DNA of 56,754 bases from a virus (Duplodnaviria; Caudoviricetes), in IMG/VR virus record IMGVR_UViG_3300046656_000441, positions 1 to 56,754 of that record, one strand, 5' to 3'. Below the pieces are notes generated by a model. That model was given only the letters and a program-made list of their open reading frames with translations. It was not told the DNA's origin and searched no databases. This document shows, piece by piece, positions 54,654-56,754 of this stretch (positions within the stretch are counted from its first letter, which is position 1; the number at the start of each line of letters is the position of its first letter). The position numbers and the translations under genes are program-made.

Positions 54654-55103
54654 TTAGCGAACCTCCTGATAGCGCTCACGTCTCAGCGTGGCGTGGTTGT
54701 CGTCCTTGTGATTGAGATACACCGTGCGCACCGTCAGCGGGCTTACCATCCCGGTGCCTAGCGCGAGCACCACGTCGTAGTCGGTGCGCTCCAGGTGCAT
54801 CAGCTTGATGCCCTGGGCATTGCTCGAACCCACGAGCACATGGAGCGGGAAGCGCACCAGCCAGTGTGCCGGCATGCCCCCAAATGTGGACACCTCGATG
54901 ACCTCGAACGAGGACGGCAGGCGCTCCGGGAGCGCGTTCAGCAGCTCGCGTGCCGCCGTCTTGTCGAGTGCACGCGGCAGGCGCTCCAGTGCCGCCTCGC
55001 GAGCATGCTTGGAGTAGCTCAGGCGCACGCACGGCTGGGGCATCGGGTGCCCCTTGGGGAACCCCATATCACGATGGTAGAGTTTCGACAGCATGGTTGG
55101 CAT
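54654..55103 (-). CDS. Hypothetical phage protein (YSKHA...VRTVYLN...DNH.TL)
   Basis: GAGGAGG RBS; S.HA...VRT.Y pattern loosely resembles BECR-fold RNases. Confidence 0.55.
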   Translation of the reverse strand: MPTMLSKLYHRDMGFPKGHPMPQPCVRLSYSKHAREAALERLPRALDKTAARELLNALPERLPSSFEVIEVSTFGGMPAHWLVRFPLHVLVGSSNAQGIKLMHLERTDYDVVLALGTGMVSPLTVRTVYLNHKDDNHATLRRERYQEVR

Positions 55104-56161
55104 CAATCCTCCTCAGTTGGCTCAGTCTTGTGCAACGCGCGTGCCGGCTTGATGACAAAGGTCGAGTGTCGCTTTGTGATGACAGTGTCCGCGTCGATGC
55201 GCTCGATGCCGTATTCGAGCACCAGGTCGTCGGCCCCGCCCACGGTCTCCAGCCCGCCAAAGCTATTCTTGCGGTTGGTCAGCATCAGATGGCCCGGGTT
55301 GACCGCCTCCAGATACCATGTCGCTCGCGCGTAGTTGTGCCAGAACGCCGAGCCGAATGGCTTCATCACGTCGCCGGCTCGGTTCATGTGGGCCAACACC
55401 AGGGCGCCGCAGCGTAACCGGCGAAGCGCACCGAAGAACTCGGTGGGTATTTCAGCGCCCTCAGTGGCTGCTGCCGGCGCCGCTGAGTCGACCACCATGA
55501 ACTCGATGCCCAGGCGCTTGATAACTTCGCGCAACGAGTCCTCGATAACCGCCAGCGGCGCGCGTGCCGTCATGTAGTAGAGCCCCGGGAATACCTGGTC
55601 ATCGAACAAGCTGGTGAGCCGTTCCTTGTGGTCCTCTGCGCGCATTTCCCAGTCGAGATACAGTGTGGGTGTGTCGACGCTGAGCTGCGCCGCCCACCAC
55701 AGGGAGAGAAGCGACTTGCGCGCGCCGCCATCGGCAAACAGGATGGTGACGTCGTCGGTGAGAATGGGGAAACCCTTGATGTCAGCAAAGCGCTCGCTCT
55801 CGCGCGGCGTCACCTCATCGAGCACCACGGGCGCTTCGGTGCGCGCAATGTGGAACGACACACGGGCCAGGAATGAGTGAATGAGCGGCGCCCAGTTGTC
55901 CTCCTCAGTCGCAAACGCATTGAGGTAGCGAATGAGGCGCTCTCGATGCGCCAGGTCCGCGATGTCGACTTTGGCGCTGAACAGGTTGGTGCGCCGCACG
56001 GGGTCGTGCAGCATCGCCTTGGTGTTCAGGCGCTCACCGGTCCAATAGGGTTCCGTCAGCCTCAGCAGGTAGTCGCCCAGGCGCTCGTGGAACGAGTAGT
56101 CCTCTTCAACGCGTATGTTGTCGATGACGTCGAGCGCGTAGCTGGCGCGGGGTGATGGCAT
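55103..56161 (-). CDS. AAA_25/RepA-like helicase domain protein
   Basis: ADGGARKS (degenerate Walker A), LYLDWE, VVDS, LAH, PFGS..W. Confidence 0.7.
   Translation of the reverse strand: MPSPRASYALDVIDNIRVEEDYSFHERLGDYLLRLTEPYWTGERLNTKAMLHDPVRRTNLFSAKVDIADLAHRERLIRYLNAFATEEDNWAPLIHSFLARVSFHIARTEAPVVLDEVTPRESERFADIKGFPILTDDVTILFADGGARKSLLSLWWAAQLSVDTPTLYLDWEMRAEDHKERLTSLFDDQVFPGLYYMTARAPLAVIEDSLREVIKRLGIEFMVVDSAAPAAATEGAEIPTEFFGALRRLRCGALVLAHMNRAGDVMKPFGSAFWHNYARATWYLEAVNPGHLMLTNRKNSFGGLETVGGADDLVLEYGIERIDADTVITKRHSTFVIKPARALHKTEPTEED
55131..55146 (-). promoter_or_regulatory. sigma54-type promoter CGGCACGCGCGTTGCA
   Basis: 28 nt upstream of ATG 55103; SD falls within the predicted leader. Confidence 0.7.
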
Positions 56162-56388
56162 CAGTCCATGCTCACGTTGTAGAAGATGGCGTCGCCCGAG
56201 ATGGGCATAATCGCGCGCCGCGGAATACCCACCTCAGCGCAGTAGGCGTAATAGTCGGCGCGTGTGGCGACACCGAGCACGTGGACGCGCACCTGGGGAT
56301 GCTCCCGTCTGTCTCGGTCGGTCAGGCTCTCCAGCGTGACAGTCTTTCCGACTTCGAGTGGCGTCTGGTCTTCGGTGTAGATAACCAC
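56161..56388 (-). CDS. Hypothetical protein
   Basis: 1-nt overlaps at both ends. Confidence 0.4.
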   Translation of the reverse strand: MVIYTEDQTPLEVGKTVTLESLTDRDRREHPQVRVHVLGVATRADYYAYCAEVGIPRRAIMPISGDAIFYNVSMD

Positions 56389-56588
56389 TAGGTTCTCGGC
56401 GCGCTGTTGCTCATCCGCCCCGCATACATGTTCGTGCGGAAGTTGGTGACCGGCAGCTTGGGTGTGTCGCTCCGCAAGCCGGCGCTCGCCATACCAGGGA
56501 CCGTGGTGGCGAATGCTTCCGCCAGGATGCCGACGCGAATCGGTGTGCGTGCGAGCGCAGCGCGCTCCTCATGGGTCAATGGCTTCAC
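56388..56588 (-). CDS. Hypothetical protein
   Basis: GAGGAGG RBS before GTG. Confidence 0.45.
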   Translation of the reverse strand: MKPLTHEERAALARTPIRVGILAEAFATTVPGMASAGLRSDTPKLPVTNFRTNMYAGRMSNSAPRT

Positions 56589-56597
56589 TGGGCCTCC

Positions 56598-56754
56598 TCG
56601 TGATAGATGCGGCGATGAACGAGTTTCTGCAAGAGTCGGGAGCGCCGCTCAGCTGCGGCGCGCCTCTCGGCTCGCCTACGCTTCGCTAGGCGGCGGCGTC
56701 TCGACTTCGTTGCCATCGGTGGTTGCCTCCTGTGCGGCGGCGTGCGCCTTCTGC
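56598..56754. repeat. Terminal direct repeat, right copy
   Basis: Matches 1-157 with 2 mismatches. Confidence 0.95.

Noticed and set aside
1-56754. Prophage/temperate module or stop-codon reassignment
   Set aside because: No integrase, CI-like repressor, att site or host flanks were recognised, and core genes are full length in the standard code.

Overview
The window looks like a complete, circularly closed dsDNA tailed-phage genome. It has about 56.6 kb of unique sequence, and bases 1-157 recur at 56598-56754 with a 2-nt mismatch. GC content is high and the architecture is podovirus-like. On the + strand (5.5-34 kb) are terminase, portal, an M15 endolysin, scaffold, major capsid, adaptor/nozzle, Ig-rich fibres and ejection-type proteins. 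On the - strand (34-56.6 kb, wrapping to 2.5 kb) are a UDG-fused family A DNA polymerase, an SF1 helicase, AAA/RepA-like and Sak4-like ATPases, ERCC4 and PD-(D/E)XK nucleases, a dNMP kinase-NDT fusion, a metallophosphoesterase, an SPFH protein and many small ORFs. I recognised no integrase, CRISPR array, tRNA or reverse transcriptase. The strongest unexplained signal is regulatory: about 20 sigma54 (RpoN)-type -24/-12 elements. Outside one dense bidirectional cluster of 7 at the divergence point (2619-2861), all are co-oriented with the local genes, and no enhancer-binding protein is recognisable. In contrast, the capsid and ejection operons have sigma70 promoters that sit in hairpins and are overlapped by a shared 18-bp palindrome. 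Other leads are a shared C-terminal peptide on two tail proteins next to an apparently short-ended nozzle, three paralogous decoration-like proteins, an Acb2/Tad1-like sponge candidate, two structured non-coding RNA candidates, a polymerase with non-canonical motifs, and apparent GATC/GTAC avoidance. All family assignments come from motif reading by eye; no database searches were run.
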